A stretch of DNA of 64,000 nucleotides from an uncultured Cytophagales bacterium (GTDB lineage Bacteria; Bacteroidota; Bacteroidia; Cytophagales; JAAEPT01), in contig CAWKJU010000016.1 of the NCBI GenBank assembly GCA_963849955.1, positions 81,735 through 145,734 of the forward strand, read 5' to 3'. This document shows, one piece after another, positions 44,484 through 54,178 of this stretch; position 1 is the first letter of the stretch, and the number at the start of each line of letters is the position of its first letter. The notes beneath the pieces are model-generated. The model saw nothing but the letters and a program-made list of their open reading frames with translations, was not told the origin of the DNA and made no database searches. A program made the position numbers and the translations under genes.

Positions 44484-47315
44484 TTAATGCGCCTCCAACC
44501 AATTCAAACCTTCACCTAATCCTATTTCCATCGGTACATCTAATGGGATAGCCGTTTTCATAAATTCCGGCACTTTAGTTTTGATTAATTCAAGTTCGCT
44601 AAGATGGGTGTCAAAAACCAGTTCATCATGCACTTGTAATATCATTTTAGACTTCAACTTTTCATCCTTCATCCATCGGTGGATGTTAATCATTGCTACC
44701 TTTATCATATCGGCCGCAGATCCTTGTATTGGGGCGTTGATGGCGTTACGTTCTGCATATCCTCTGGTGGTTTGGTTTCGGGAATTGATGTCACGCAGGT
44801 AGCGTCTCCTCCCTAAGATGGTTTCTACATATTCGTGCTCACGGGCGTTGTTAATGGTAGCATCCATAAAGGTTTTTACAGCGGAAAACTCCGTGAAATA
44901 CGACTCAATAATTTCTGCAGCTTCTGTTCTGGAGATATTTAAATTTTGAGATAAACCAAAAGCCGAAATGCCATAAATAATCCCGAAGTTTACTGCTTTA
45001 GCTTGCCCACGTTGTTCCCGAGTAACTTCCTCTAAAGGGGTTTTAAATACTTTAGCTGCCGTTGTGGCGTGGATATCTCGCCCTTCCTTAAACGCAGTAA
45101 TCATGTTTTCATCCTTAGCAAACGCTGCCATGATTCGCAGTTCAATTTGCGAATAATCGGCAGAAACTAAGATGTGGTTTTCGTCTGTTGGCACAAAGGC
45201 TTTTCTTATAGCACGACCTTTTTCAGTTCGAATTGGAATGTTTTGTAAGTTAGGATTATCAGAACTTAGACGTCCAGTAGCTGCAACAGCTTGTCTATAG
45301 GAAGTATGAATTCTACCAGTTTTTTCTATTACCATTTTTGGTAACGCATCCACATAGGTTGATTTCAACTTCCGGTATTCACGAAAGCTGAGGATGTCAT
45401 CTATGATTTTATGTTCTTCCGCTAAACGCGAAAGCACACTTTCATCCGTTTTATATTGACCAGTTTTGGTTTTCTTAGCCTTGGGATCAAGTTGTAATTT
45501 ATCAAACAGAATTTCCCCCAATTGCTTGGGTGAGGCGATGTTAAATTGTGCTCCAGCTTGTTCATATATTTTTTGCTCTAGCGCTACGCTGTCTTTCTCT
45601 AATTCCTCTGACATCTGCTCTAAGACAGCCACATCCAACTTAACCCCGTTACGCTCAATATCAGCTAATACATTAATCAACGGAATTTCTACCTCGTCAA
45701 ATAATTTTTTATTTACGGTATCTATTTCTGGAGTAAACACTTCTTTTAACTGCCAGGTGATATCAGCATCTTCTGCGGCATAATCAGAAATTTCTTCTGG
45801 TTGCAAGTCAGCCATGTTTCCCTGATTAACCCCTTTCTTTCCAATCAACTCGGTGATGGATACGGGTTCATAATTCAGATAAGTGGAAGCCAAAAAATCC
45901 ATGTTATGTCGTAAGTCGGGTTGTAAAAGATAATGCGCAATCATGGTATCAAAAAGAGGGCCTTTTACTTCGATAGCATAGTTTTTTAACACCATGATAT
46001 CATATTTAAGGTTTTGCCCTACCTTTCCGATAGCCGCGTTCTCAAATACTGGTTTAAACTCTTCTACTAAATTTTGCGCTTCTTTTTCGTCCTGGGGTAC
46101 GGGCACATAATAGGCCTCTCCTTTGCGGTAGCAAAATGACATGCCTACTAACTTTGCTTCTACCGCATTTAAACTGGTGGTTTCAGTGTCAAAACAAAAT
46201 TCTTTTTGTTTCGATAAGAACTCAATTAAACGCACACGATCTTCATTTTTATCCACTAAATAATAATCGTGTAAGGTGCTATCAATAGTTTCCTTAGGAA
46301 TTAAAATAACCCCTTCTCCATCATCAGAAGGAAGTATCTCCGACTTTTTTTCTGGAGTAACCGCTGGGGCGCTAAACAAATCCATTTGATTGGATGGGGC
46401 AGCTGCTTTAACGGTCGCTTTTGGAGTAGCAATTTCTTCTTCCCCAAAAAGTCGTTTTTTGAATGTTTTAAATTCGAGCTCGTCAAATATCGGCTCTAGT
46501 TTTTCTTTGTCTGGCTTTACATAAATCAGCTTATCAGCATCCCATTCAACAGGTACATCTAAAATAATGGTCGCTAATTTTTTAGAAAGTATGCCTTGTT
46601 CACCGAAGTTAATGACATTTTCTTTTTGCTTTCCTTTTAAATCTTCGGCATTCGCGACTAAATTCTCAACACTTCCATAGGTTTCAATTAACTTTTTAGC
46701 TGTTTTTTCACCAATACCTGGAATTCCAGGAATGTTATCCACTGCGTCACCCCATAAACCTAATATATCAGCCACTTGGTCTACACGTTCAACACCCCAC
46801 TTTTCTTTAACCTTAGCGATATCATACACTTCGGTCCCACGACCAAACGTTGAAAGTTTATACAGAAAAATATTTTCATCAACCAGCTGGGCATAATCCT
46901 TATCGAGCGTCATCATATATACTTCGAATCCATCTGCCTGAGCTTTCTTCGCTAGCGTACCAACTACATCATCTGCCTCGTAACCCTCTGCTTGAAGTAT
47001 CGGAATACCCCACGCTTCAAGAATTCTTCTTATGTAGGGTGTGGCGACAAGTATATCTTCAGGAGTCTCTTCCCGATGTGCTTTATATTCGGCATATTCT
47101 TCCGTTCGTACAGTACCTCCAGGTAAATCAAATGCCACCCCGATATGGGTTGGTTTTTCTTTATTGATGACCTCCATCATGGAATTTAAAAAACCAAAAA
47201 CGGCACTCGAGTTGATGCCTGTGGAAGTAATTCTAGGAGTTTTACTAAACGCAAAATGTGCTCTAAAAATGATAGCGTAAGCATCAAGGAGAAATAGTTT
47301 TTTCTTTTCTGACAT
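44484..47315 (-). CDS. polA: DNA polymerase I
   Basis: The start is moved to the ATG at 47315 (MSEKKKLFLLDAYAIIFRAHF, the canonical 5'-nuclease N-terminus). It has a 3'-5' exonuclease-like domain. Polymerase motifs A (DYSQIELRI), B (RGQAKAVNFGIIYG) and C (QVHDELVF) are present. Confidence 0.95.
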   Translation of the reverse strand: MSEKKKLFLLDAYAIIFRAHFAFSKTPRITSTGINSSAVFGFLNSMMEVINKEKPTHIGVAFDLPGGTVRTEEYAEYKAHREETPEDILVATPYIRRILEAWGIPILQAEGYEADDVVGTLAKKAQADGFEVYMMTLDKDYAQLVDENIFLYKLSTFGRGTEVYDIAKVKEKWGVERVDQVADILGLWGDAVDNIPGIPGIGEKTAKKLIETYGSVENLVANAEDLKGKQKENVINFGEQGILSKKLATIILDVPVEWDADKLIYVKPDKEKLEPIFDELEFKTFKKRLFGEEEIATPKATVKAAAPSNQMDLFSAPAVTPEKKSEILPSDDGEGVILIPKETIDSTLHDYYLVDKNEDRVRLIEFLSKQKEFCFDTETTSLNAVEAKLVGMSFCYRKGEAYYVPVPQDEKEAQNLVEEFKPVFENAAIGKVGQNLKYDIMVLKNYAIEVKGPLFDTMIAHYLLQPDLRHNMDFLASTYLNYEPVSITELIGKKGVNQGNMADLQPEEISDYAAEDADITWQLKEVFTPEIDTVNKKLFDEVEIPLINVLADIERNGVKLDVAVLEQMSEELEKDSVALEQKIYEQAGAQFNIASPKQLGEILFDKLQLDPKAKKTKTGQYKTDESVLSRLAEEHKIIDDILSFREYRKLKSTYVDALPKMVIEKTGRIHTSYRQAVAATGRLSSDNPNLQNIPIRTEKGRAIRKAFVPTDENHILVSADYSQIELRIMAAFAKDENMITAFKEGRDIHATTAAKVFKTPLEEVTREQRGQAKAVNFGIIYGISAFGLSQNLNISRTEAAEIIESYFTEFSAVKTFMDATINNAREHEYVETILGRRRYLRDINSRNQTTRGYAERNAINAPIQGSAADMIKVAMINIHRWMKDEKLKSKMILQVHDELVFDTHLSELELIKTKVPEFMKTAIPLDVPMEIGLGEGLNWLEAH

Positions 47316-47559
47316 AATTATGGATTCTAGCTTCATCAAAGAAAACAAAATTAACACGTTTCTAAAATGGAAAGATGTGATTCCATCCAAAGTTAACGAT
47401 AACTACTTGTTGATCAGCCTTAGATCATTGACTATTTGATATTTAAATGAATCATAAAAAAACTGAAATAAGCAATCATTCATTATACTCGCAAAAATTA
47501 ATCGATTTTTCTTAGTGGTTAAGGCTTAGGTGTGGTATATTCAATATCTTTTTTCATAA

Positions 47560-50499
47560 ATGAGAGTATCAAGTAGTCAACCATATCGTTTAATCTATTC
47601 GCTTTTCGAACACGAATACCTGGGGTTTTTATTGGAATCCTTTGTGGTACAACTGAATGAAGCGGGTGAGTTATCCTATTTACATCAAAACATTTCAGCT
47701 AAAAACATGGAAGAGTTTTCTGCTGTGATGGATGAAACTGATTTTGAACTGATCAAGCTGATGGACTCCATTCAGCAAGATGTGGTGGCACATAAGTACC
47801 AAAATAAACACCTTAAGCCTGATGAGTTTTTCTTAAAGATTTATGACCAAGGAAAAGGGGATGAAACAATTCAAAAGCTAATTCAAGAATATGTAGACCG
47901 GATTATGTCTACTATACTTCCCTTGCTCCATGGTAAAGAAGTCTATTCAATGGGTAATGATGGTGAACCTGTGGGTAAACGTATTATCATTCCAGAAACT
48001 AAAGCATCAATCTTATTTCATTTCATGCGAAATGAAGATAACACGCATTATTTCCCAACCATAAAGCATGATGGACAGAAGGTAGAGTTTCAATACAACA
48101 GTTCACAGATTATTTGTCATAATCCTGCTTGGCTACTAGTAAACGAAGAAACTTTATACACATTTGAAAAAGAAGTGTCTGCAAACAAATTGAAGCCTTT
48201 CTTGAACAAAAAGTTCATTATGGTTCCTAAAAAAGTGGAAGACACCTATTATCAAAAGTTTGTCACTCAAATTGTGCAAGATTTTGATGTTCATGCCAAA
48301 GGGTTTGAAATAGCAGAAGAGAAATACAAACCCACACCAAAACTTACCTTCAAGGAACTGGCGAGTGTACAACAACCAACGATGAGTTTGTTTGGAGACG
48401 ACACCGCCCAAACCACAGTGGATGAAGGTGGTAAAATAGTTTTCGATTTATCGTTTAATTACGGCCAATATAATTTTAACGCTTCTAGCGAAAGCCATAG
48501 CAGTGTGAAAATGGAAAAAATGGGCGATAGCTTTTTATTCCATAAAATATCGCGGGATGCCAAATGGGAAAAGGAACAAATTAAATTCCTCGGTAACACC
48601 GGTCTCAAAATTAAAAATGGAAAAGCAGTAGTAGAAAGGGGTACTGCTTTTAGTTGGATCAACACAAATCGCCCCAACCTTGAGGATATTGGTTATGAAA
48701 TTACACAAAGCGCTTCTGATGGCAGACGTTATTTCATGGGCTCCTCTTCTATCAACATAGAAGTAAGAGAAAGCAACGATTGGTTTGATATTTATGCGGT
48801 AGTTAAATTTGGTGATTATGAAGTTCCTTTCATAAAACTCCGATCCTTAATCATTGCAAAAAAACGGGAGTTCACGCTTCCCAATGGGGAAATAGCAGTA
48901 ATACCCGATGAGTGGTTAACGCAATATGCTGACATCTTAGCTTTTAGTGAGGAACATGATGACGGTTTAGGTTTAAAACTCAAGAAACATCACGTTGCGT
49001 TAGTACAGGAGCTTGACAATGATAGTCTTGCGAAAGTGGTTATTGACAGAAAACTAGAGAGTCTCAAAGACTTTGAGTCAATTGATGATTACCCGCTTCC
49101 AGCCAAATTTAACGGAACGCTTCGCCCGTATCAAAAAGCAGGTTATAACTGGCTGCATTTTTTAAGAAGTTTCAAATTTGGAGGCTGTTTGGCTGATGAT
49201 ATGGGTCTGGGTAAAACCATTCAAACATTAGCATTACTACAGTACCATAAAGAGCAAGGCGACACTAGCGCTTCACTCATCATTATGCCAACGTCATTGG
49301 TGTATAACTGGGAAATGGAAGCGGCTAAATTTGTACCTGACTTAAAAGTACTTGTATACACGGGCACTTACCGCGATAAAGACGTTGAACAGTTTCAAAA
49401 TTATGATGTGGTGCTTACCTCGTATGGCATTACGCGAATAGATATTCAGTTGTTGGAAAAATATTATTTCAACTACATCATTTTAGATGAGGCTCAGGCG
49501 ATTAAAAACCCAACGTCTAACATCTCATTAGCAGTAAAAAAACTTAAGTCAAGAAACAAACTAATTCTAACGGGAACACCTATAGAAAATAGCACGATGG
49601 ATTTGTGGTCTCAAATGACCTTTGCAAACCCAGGCCTATTAGGTTCACAAAATTTCTTCAAAAAAGAATACCTCAACGACATTGAGAAAAAACACGATGA
49701 CGGCAAAAAACACAAACTTCATGCGATCATCAAGCCTTTTATTCTAAGAAGATTAAAAGAAAATGTACTGACCGAACTTCCTCCAAAAATGGAGCAAATT
49801 TGGTATAGTCAAATGAACGAAGATCAGGAGAAAGAGTATGAAGAAGTAAAATCATTCTACAGAAATAAGATTTTATCAGAGATTGAGTCCAATGGGATGA
49901 ACAAATCTCAAATCATCTTATTACAAGGGCTTACGAAACTTCGTCAAATAGCTAATCACCCAAAAATGGTGGACGAAAATTATAGTGGTTCTTCTGGCAA
50001 ATTGGACGATGTATTAGAAATGATGAACAACGCCATTGCTAAAAAACATAAAATATTGATTTTTAGCCAATTTGTTAAGCACTTGGCCTTGTTCAAAGCA
50101 GAGCTTCAAAAACAAAAAATTGAATTCGCTTACTTAGATGGCTCTACAAAATCACGTCAGCAGGAAGTTGAATCTTTTCAGCAAAATGAAGATTTAAGGG
50201 TGTTCTTAATTTCCTTAAAAGCTGGAGGTCTAGGGTTAAATCTAACCGCAGCAGATTATGTGTTTATTCTTGATCCTTGGTGGAACCCAGCAATTGAAGC
50301 ACAAGCTATTGACCGTGCTTATCGTATGGGTCAAAAGAATACAGTACACACCTATAAATTCATTACCAAAAACACGGTAGAAGAAAAAATATTAAAACTT
50401 CAGCAACACAAACGCGCATTGGCAAATGATTTAATTTCATCGGAAGATAGTTTTGTGAAAAGTCTTTCTAAAGAGGATATTGAGGAAATATTAAAATAG
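47560..50499 (+). CDS. SNF2-family helicase/translocase with a long N-terminal domain
   Basis: 979 aa. It has helicase motif I (ADDMGLGKTIQ), motif II (DEAQAIKN), and the C-terminal helicase domain (ISLKAGGLGLNLTAADYVFILDPWWNP, QAIDRAYRMGQ). Confidence 0.9.
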   Translation: MRVSSSQPYRLIYSLFEHEYLGFLLESFVVQLNEAGELSYLHQNISAKNMEEFSAVMDETDFELIKLMDSIQQDVVAHKYQNKHLKPDEFFLKIYDQGKGDETIQKLIQEYVDRIMSTILPLLHGKEVYSMGNDGEPVGKRIIIPETKASILFHFMRNEDNTHYFPTIKHDGQKVEFQYNSSQIICHNPAWLLVNEETLYTFEKEVSANKLKPFLNKKFIMVPKKVEDTYYQKFVTQIVQDFDVHAKGFEIAEEKYKPTPKLTFKELASVQQPTMSLFGDDTAQTTVDEGGKIVFDLSFNYGQYNFNASSESHSSVKMEKMGDSFLFHKISRDAKWEKEQIKFLGNTGLKIKNGKAVVERGTAFSWINTNRPNLEDIGYEITQSASDGRRYFMGSSSINIEVRESNDWFDIYAVVKFGDYEVPFIKLRSLIIAKKREFTLPNGEIAVIPDEWLTQYADILAFSEEHDDGLGLKLKKHHVALVQELDNDSLAKVVIDRKLESLKDFESIDDYPLPAKFNGTLRPYQKAGYNWLHFLRSFKFGGCLADDMGLGKTIQTLALLQYHKEQGDTSASLIIMPTSLVYNWEMEAAKFVPDLKVLVYTGTYRDKDVEQFQNYDVVLTSYGITRIDIQLLEKYYFNYIILDEAQAIKNPTSNISLAVKKLKSRNKLILTGTPIENSTMDLWSQMTFANPGLLGSQNFFKKEYLNDIEKKHDDGKKHKLHAIIKPFILRRLKENVLTELPPKMEQIWYSQMNEDQEKEYEEVKSFYRNKILSEIESNGMNKSQIILLQGLTKLRQIANHPKMVDENYSGSSGKLDDVLEMMNNAIAKKHKILIFSQFVKHLALFKAELQKQKIEFAYLDGSTKSRQQEVESFQQNEDLRVFLISLKAGGLGLNLTAADYVFILDPWWNPAIEAQAIDRAYRMGQKNTVHTYKFITKNTVEEKILKLQQHKRALANDLISSEDSFVKSLSKEDIEEILK

Positions 50500-50538
50500 T
50501 AAATTTGAATACTTCCTTTAATTTACTCAACAGGGCTT

Positions 50539-50949
50539 ATGATTGAAAACACCATACAAGTAAGAGTACGTTACGCAGAAACCGATCAAATGGGCTATGT
50601 CTATTATGGTAATTATGCCACTTACTTTGAAGTTGCTCGTGTAGAAACCTTTCGTTCATTAGGTTTTAGTTACAAAGAAATGGAGGAGGAAGGCATTATG
50701 ATGCCGGTGTTGGAATATAAAACAAAGTTTATTCGTCCTGCTAAATATGATGACCTGCTCACCATTAAAATCTTTGTGAAAGAAAAACCAGGTGTTCGAA
50801 TCAGGTTTGAGTATGAAATATATAATGAAGAAGGAACGTTGCTAAACATTAGCGAGACTACGTTGGTTTTTATAAGTAAAACAACTGGCAAGCCTGCAGT
50901 GCCTACTGGACGTTTTCTCCAAGTAATTGAACAACCTTTCATCTTATGA
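50539..50949 (+). CDS. Acyl-CoA thioesterase, YbgC/4HBT hotdog family
   Basis: 136 aa. The N-terminal signature is VRVRYAETDQMGYVYYGNYATYFE. Confidence 0.85.
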   Translation: MIENTIQVRVRYAETDQMGYVYYGNYATYFEVARVETFRSLGFSYKEMEEEGIMMPVLEYKTKFIRPAKYDDLLTIKIFVKEKPGVRIRFEYEIYNEEGTLLNISETTLVFISKTTGKPAVPTGRFLQVIEQPFIL

Positions 50950-51911
50950 AAACAAGGTTTAAAGATCGAGTCCTTAATTCTACCCCAATAACCAAAGTTT
51001 TTGACTTTGCAGATAAAATAAAAGTTAGTAAAACAGAAGATGTATCGCTGTTCACAGCAATAGATTATTTTATAAAAGAGTTAAAAAACAATGACATCAA
51101 TTCGGAGGCTAAATCTGTAGCTTTCAGTTTTACTTTAGCGATATTTCCTTCAATCATCTTTTTTTTCACATTAATCCCGTATTTCCACCTACCCTGGTTG
51201 ACTGAAACCGCAATTGTTGAGTTTTTAAGGGACGGACTACAGCTACCACAAGCGATGTACGAAGGCCTTTCTGAAACCATTTTAGATATAGCTCATAAGC
51301 CACGAGGGGGGCTTTTATCTGTTGGTTTTGCCATGGCTCTATTCATGGCAACCAATGGGATGTTAGCCTTAATGGATGCATTCAATAAGTGTTATCGATC
51401 AAAAGAAAAACGCCACTTTGTAAAAAGACGGTTAATTGCTATTGCGTTAACAGGCATGCTCTCTTTAGTACTTATCATGTCAATGATTGTACTGGTATTT
51501 GGATCAAGCATCCTTAACCTACTTGAAAATTATGGCGTATTTCCTATTTGGATTATTGAGTTTGTAAGAAACCTACGAATCATTGAATACGGTGTATTTT
51601 TCCTTTTATTCTTCTTTGCCATATCCATGATCTATTATTTTGCACCAGCCATACATAAACGATGGCGCTTTTTTTCTTATGGTGCTTTCATTGCTACCTT
51701 ATTAAGCGTATTAATTTCAGCGCTTTTTTCATTCTATGTTAATAATTTCGGCACTTATAATAAGCTGTATGGTTCCATAGGAACACTTATAGGCTTTTTG
51801 ATTTGGCTCAACTTTATCACATTAGTTATTTTAATAGGTTTTGAAATAAACGTATCGATTGATCGGGCAAAAATAGATTCTCAAAAAAGAAATGAAAAAA
51901 ATGTTGGGTGA
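50946..51911 (+). CDS. YihY/BrkB-family membrane protein
   Basis: 321 aa with six TM segments. It carries YGSIGTLIGFLIWLNF, typical of YihY. Its ATG overlaps the upstream stop (ATGA). Confidence 0.85.
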   Translation: MKTRFKDRVLNSTPITKVFDFADKIKVSKTEDVSLFTAIDYFIKELKNNDINSEAKSVAFSFTLAIFPSIIFFFTLIPYFHLPWLTETAIVEFLRDGLQLPQAMYEGLSETILDIAHKPRGGLLSVGFAMALFMATNGMLALMDAFNKCYRSKEKRHFVKRRLIAIALTGMLSLVLIMSMIVLVFGSSILNLLENYGVFPIWIIEFVRNLRIIEYGVFFLLFFFAISMIYYFAPAIHKRWRFFSYGAFIATLLSVLISALFSFYVNNFGTYNKLYGSIGTLIGFLIWLNFITLVILIGFEINVSIDRAKIDSQKRNEKNVG

Positions 51912-51960
51912 TTTAACTGAAAAACCTATTTTTGCACTCCCATAGAACGTATGGGAATAG

Positions 51961-52045
51961 AGAGAGATGGCAGAGTGGTCGATTGCGGTAGTCTTGAAAA
52001 CTATTGACTGTTAAAGGTCCGGGGGTTCGAATCCCTCTCTCTCTG
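51961..52045 (+). tRNA. tRNA-Ser (anticodon UGA)
   Basis: Hand-folded cloverleaf. The acceptor stem is agagaga/tctctct and the D arm is gca...tgc. The anticodon stem is gtagt/actat with loop ct-TGA-aa. There is a long variable arm, a T arm ggggg-ttcgaat-ccctc and discriminator g. CCA is not encoded. Confidence 0.9.
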
Positions 52046-52050
52046 CATTG

Positions 52051-52083
52051 AAAGCCCGAAACATAAGTTTTGGGCTTTTTTTA
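52051..52083 (+). terminator. Rho-independent terminator after tRNA-Ser
   Basis: The stem is aaagcccgaaac (52051-52062) paired with gttttgggcttt (52067-52078), with loop ataa, followed by a T-run. Confidence 0.8.
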
Positions 52084-52160
52084 TGCTCAAAAACTATTTA
52101 ACTTTTTTATATGGAGTGTCAGTGAAATGCTATGACTAGAGAAAACTTACCTAAAAACTT

Positions 52161-52194
52161 AAAAAAAACGCACAATGTATTTCTACATTGTGCG
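52161..52194 (-). terminator. Rho-independent terminator of the superoxide dismutase gene
   Basis: The stem is cgcacaatgta (52169-52179) paired with tacattgtgcg (52184-52194). On the minus strand it is followed by T8 (52161-52168). It lies 27 nt after the stop. Confidence 0.8.
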
Positions 52195-52220
52195 CCATTA
52201 TTTTTCTAATACGTTTCGTA

Positions 52221-52829
52221 TTATTTATTCGCAGCGTAAAGCTCACTTACTTTCGTCCAGTTAATTACGTTAAAAAACGCAGCAACGTAATCAGGTCTTT
52301 TGTTCTGATAGTTCAAGTAATAAGCGTGCTCCCACACATCTAAACCTAAGATTGGGAATCCACCACAACCAACACCTGGCATTAATGGATTGTCCTGGTT
52401 TGGAGTAGAACAAACATCTACTTTACCTCCTTTATGAACACATAACCAAGCCCAACCAGAACCAAATTGTGTAGCTGCTGCATTGGAAAATTTTTCTTTG
52501 AATGCATCAAACGAACCAAATGCAGCATCAATTGCTGAAGCTAATTCTCCTGATGGTTTTCCTCCTCCGTCTGGAGACATTACAGTCCAAAACAAGTTAT
52601 GGTTGTAAAAACCACCTCCATTATTTCTAACTGCAGAATTTTTTAGGTCTAAACCAGTCATTATCTCTTCGATTGACTTGCCTGCTAAAGGGGTTCCTTC
52701 AATAGCATCGTTCAACTTACTTGTGTAAGCAGCATGGTGTTTATCATGATGGATCTCCATCGTTTTAGCATCAATATGTGGTTCTAGCGCATTGGTTGCA
52801 TAAGGCAACTTTGGTAATTCAAAAGCCAT
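52221..52829 (-). CDS. Fe/Mn-family superoxide dismutase
   Basis: 202 aa. It has [32 protein letters not shown] and the C-terminal DVWEHAYYL metal-ligand motif. Confidence 0.95.
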   Translation of the reverse strand: MAFELPKLPYATNALEPHIDAKTMEIHHDKHHAAYTSKLNDAIEGTPLAGKSIEEIMTGLDLKNSAVRNNGGGFYNHNLFWTVMSPDGGGKPSGELASAIDAAFGSFDAFKEKFSNAAATQFGSGWAWLCVHKGGKVDVCSTPNQDNPLMPGVGCGGFPILGLDVWEHAYYLNYQNKRPDYVAAFFNVINWTKVSELYAANK

Positions 52830-52954
52830 TTTTATAAAATTTTAAGGTTTAACAATCTATTTACTGTAACAACATAAAAATAGGAGAAACTGTTTTGCGA
52901 CCAAAGGAAAACTCTCTTTTAAAGAAAAGAATCGTAACAATAGTAATTCTTGAT

Positions 52955-53407
52955 TTATTTTTTTCTCAACGCTTTAAAAAAATCAAGTACAATAGCTGAA
53001 CATTCATCTTTCATTAAGCCTTGCACTATTTGGGTTTTCGGATGAAGAATGTTTTCTGATAGTCGAAGAAAGCCGCGGTCAGGGTCAGGTGCACCAATTA
53101 CTACTTTATCAATTTGACTCCAAGCTAAGGCTCCCGCACACATAACACAGGGCTCTAAAGTAATAAACAAGGTGCATTCATGAAGATACTTCCCTCCGAG
53201 AGCATTCGAAGCAGAAGTAATTGCTACCATTTCTGCATGCGCTGTTACATCACTGAGCAGCTCCGTTTCATTGTGCGCCCGGGCTATTATTTTATTTCTA
53301 CAAACTATAACTGCCCCTACTGGAATTTCACCTTTTTCAGAAGCCTTTTTGGCTTCTTTAAAGGCTTCTTTCATAAAATAGTGGTCATCAAAAACGGTAA
53401 GTGTCAT
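52955..53407 (-). CDS. tadA: tRNA adenosine(34) deaminase
   Basis: 150 aa. The CDA zinc motifs HAEMVAI and PCVMCAGAL are present. Confidence 0.9.
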   Translation of the reverse strand: MTLTVFDDHYFMKEAFKEAKKASEKGEIPVGAVIVCRNKIIARAHNETELLSDVTAHAEMVAITSASNALGGKYLHECTLFITLEPCVMCAGALAWSQIDKVVIGAPDPDRGFLRLSENILHPKTQIVQGLMKDECSAIVLDFFKALRKK

Positions 53408-53434
53408 GTTGTAGTTTTAACTGTAAAATTAAAA

Positions 53435-54073
53435 CTAAGCTTCATCATATCTAAATACTGAATCTAAATCTTCATTGGAATTGATCGATTGTTTCAAATC
53501 TTTGATAAGCCCGTTTTTTAAATCATACACCCAACCATGTATGTATGGGTACTCACCATTATTCCATTCTTCTTGAATAAAAGACACTTTTCCTAAATTA
53601 GTCACCTGTTCCAGGATGTTCAATTCCACAAAACGATCAAATCGTTTGTCTTCGTCTTTCTCTGCATCCAGTTCAGCGCTATGTAAACGATAAACATCTT
53701 TGATATTCATCAACCAGTTGTCTAAAAAACCAAATGACTGGTTGCCCATTGCAGCTTTAACACCGCCACAGCCATAGTGTCCACAAACAATGATGTGTTT
53801 CACCTTCAACACCTTTACTGCGTAATAAACTACACTCAACAAATTCGAGTCCGTATGAACTACCATGTTGGCAATGTTTCTTTGCACGAAAATGGAGCCA
53901 GGCATAGCATTCGTGATTTCTGTTGCAGGTACTCGGCTATCAGAACAACCAATCCAAAGATATTGCGGAGTTTGGGCTTTGGATAACTTTTCGAAAAAAT
54001 CGGGAAGCGTTTTGTTGATATTAGCTACCCATTTTACATTTCCTTCTATTAATTCTTTTATTAATTCTGCCAT
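53435..54073 (-). CDS. Beta-class carbonic anhydrase
   Basis: 212 aa. It has the zinc-site motifs CSDSRV (CxDxR) and HYGCGG (HxxC). Confidence 0.9.
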   Translation of the reverse strand: MAELIKELIEGNVKWVANINKTLPDFFEKLSKAQTPQYLWIGCSDSRVPATEITNAMPGSIFVQRNIANMVVHTDSNLLSVVYYAVKVLKVKHIIVCGHYGCGGVKAAMGNQSFGFLDNWLMNIKDVYRLHSAELDAEKDEDKRFDRFVELNILEQVTNLGKVSFIQEEWNNGEYPYIHGWVYDLKNGLIKDLKQSINSNEDLDSVFRYDEA

Positions 54074-54178
54074 TATTTTCTCAACTCAGTTAATTTACTA
54101 ATTAACAAAAAAATCAATGTTGAAACTATCAATTTCAGAAATTTTTCAGAATTCGGTTTATGGAAAAGTTAAAATGCC

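Noticed and set aside
47316-47390. The 25-codon N-terminal extension of the polA ORF (MDGITSFHFRNVLILF...).
   Set aside because: The conserved 5'-nuclease N-terminus begins at MSEKKKLFLLDAYA (ATG 47315). The extension has no homologous-looking sequence.
47560-50499. The SNF2 helicase as part of a phage-defence system.
   Set aside because: It stands alone. It is flanked by polA, a thioesterase and a YihY protein, with no nuclease, methylase or other defence partners. It looks like the conserved housekeeping RapA/HepA-like gene of Bacteroidota.
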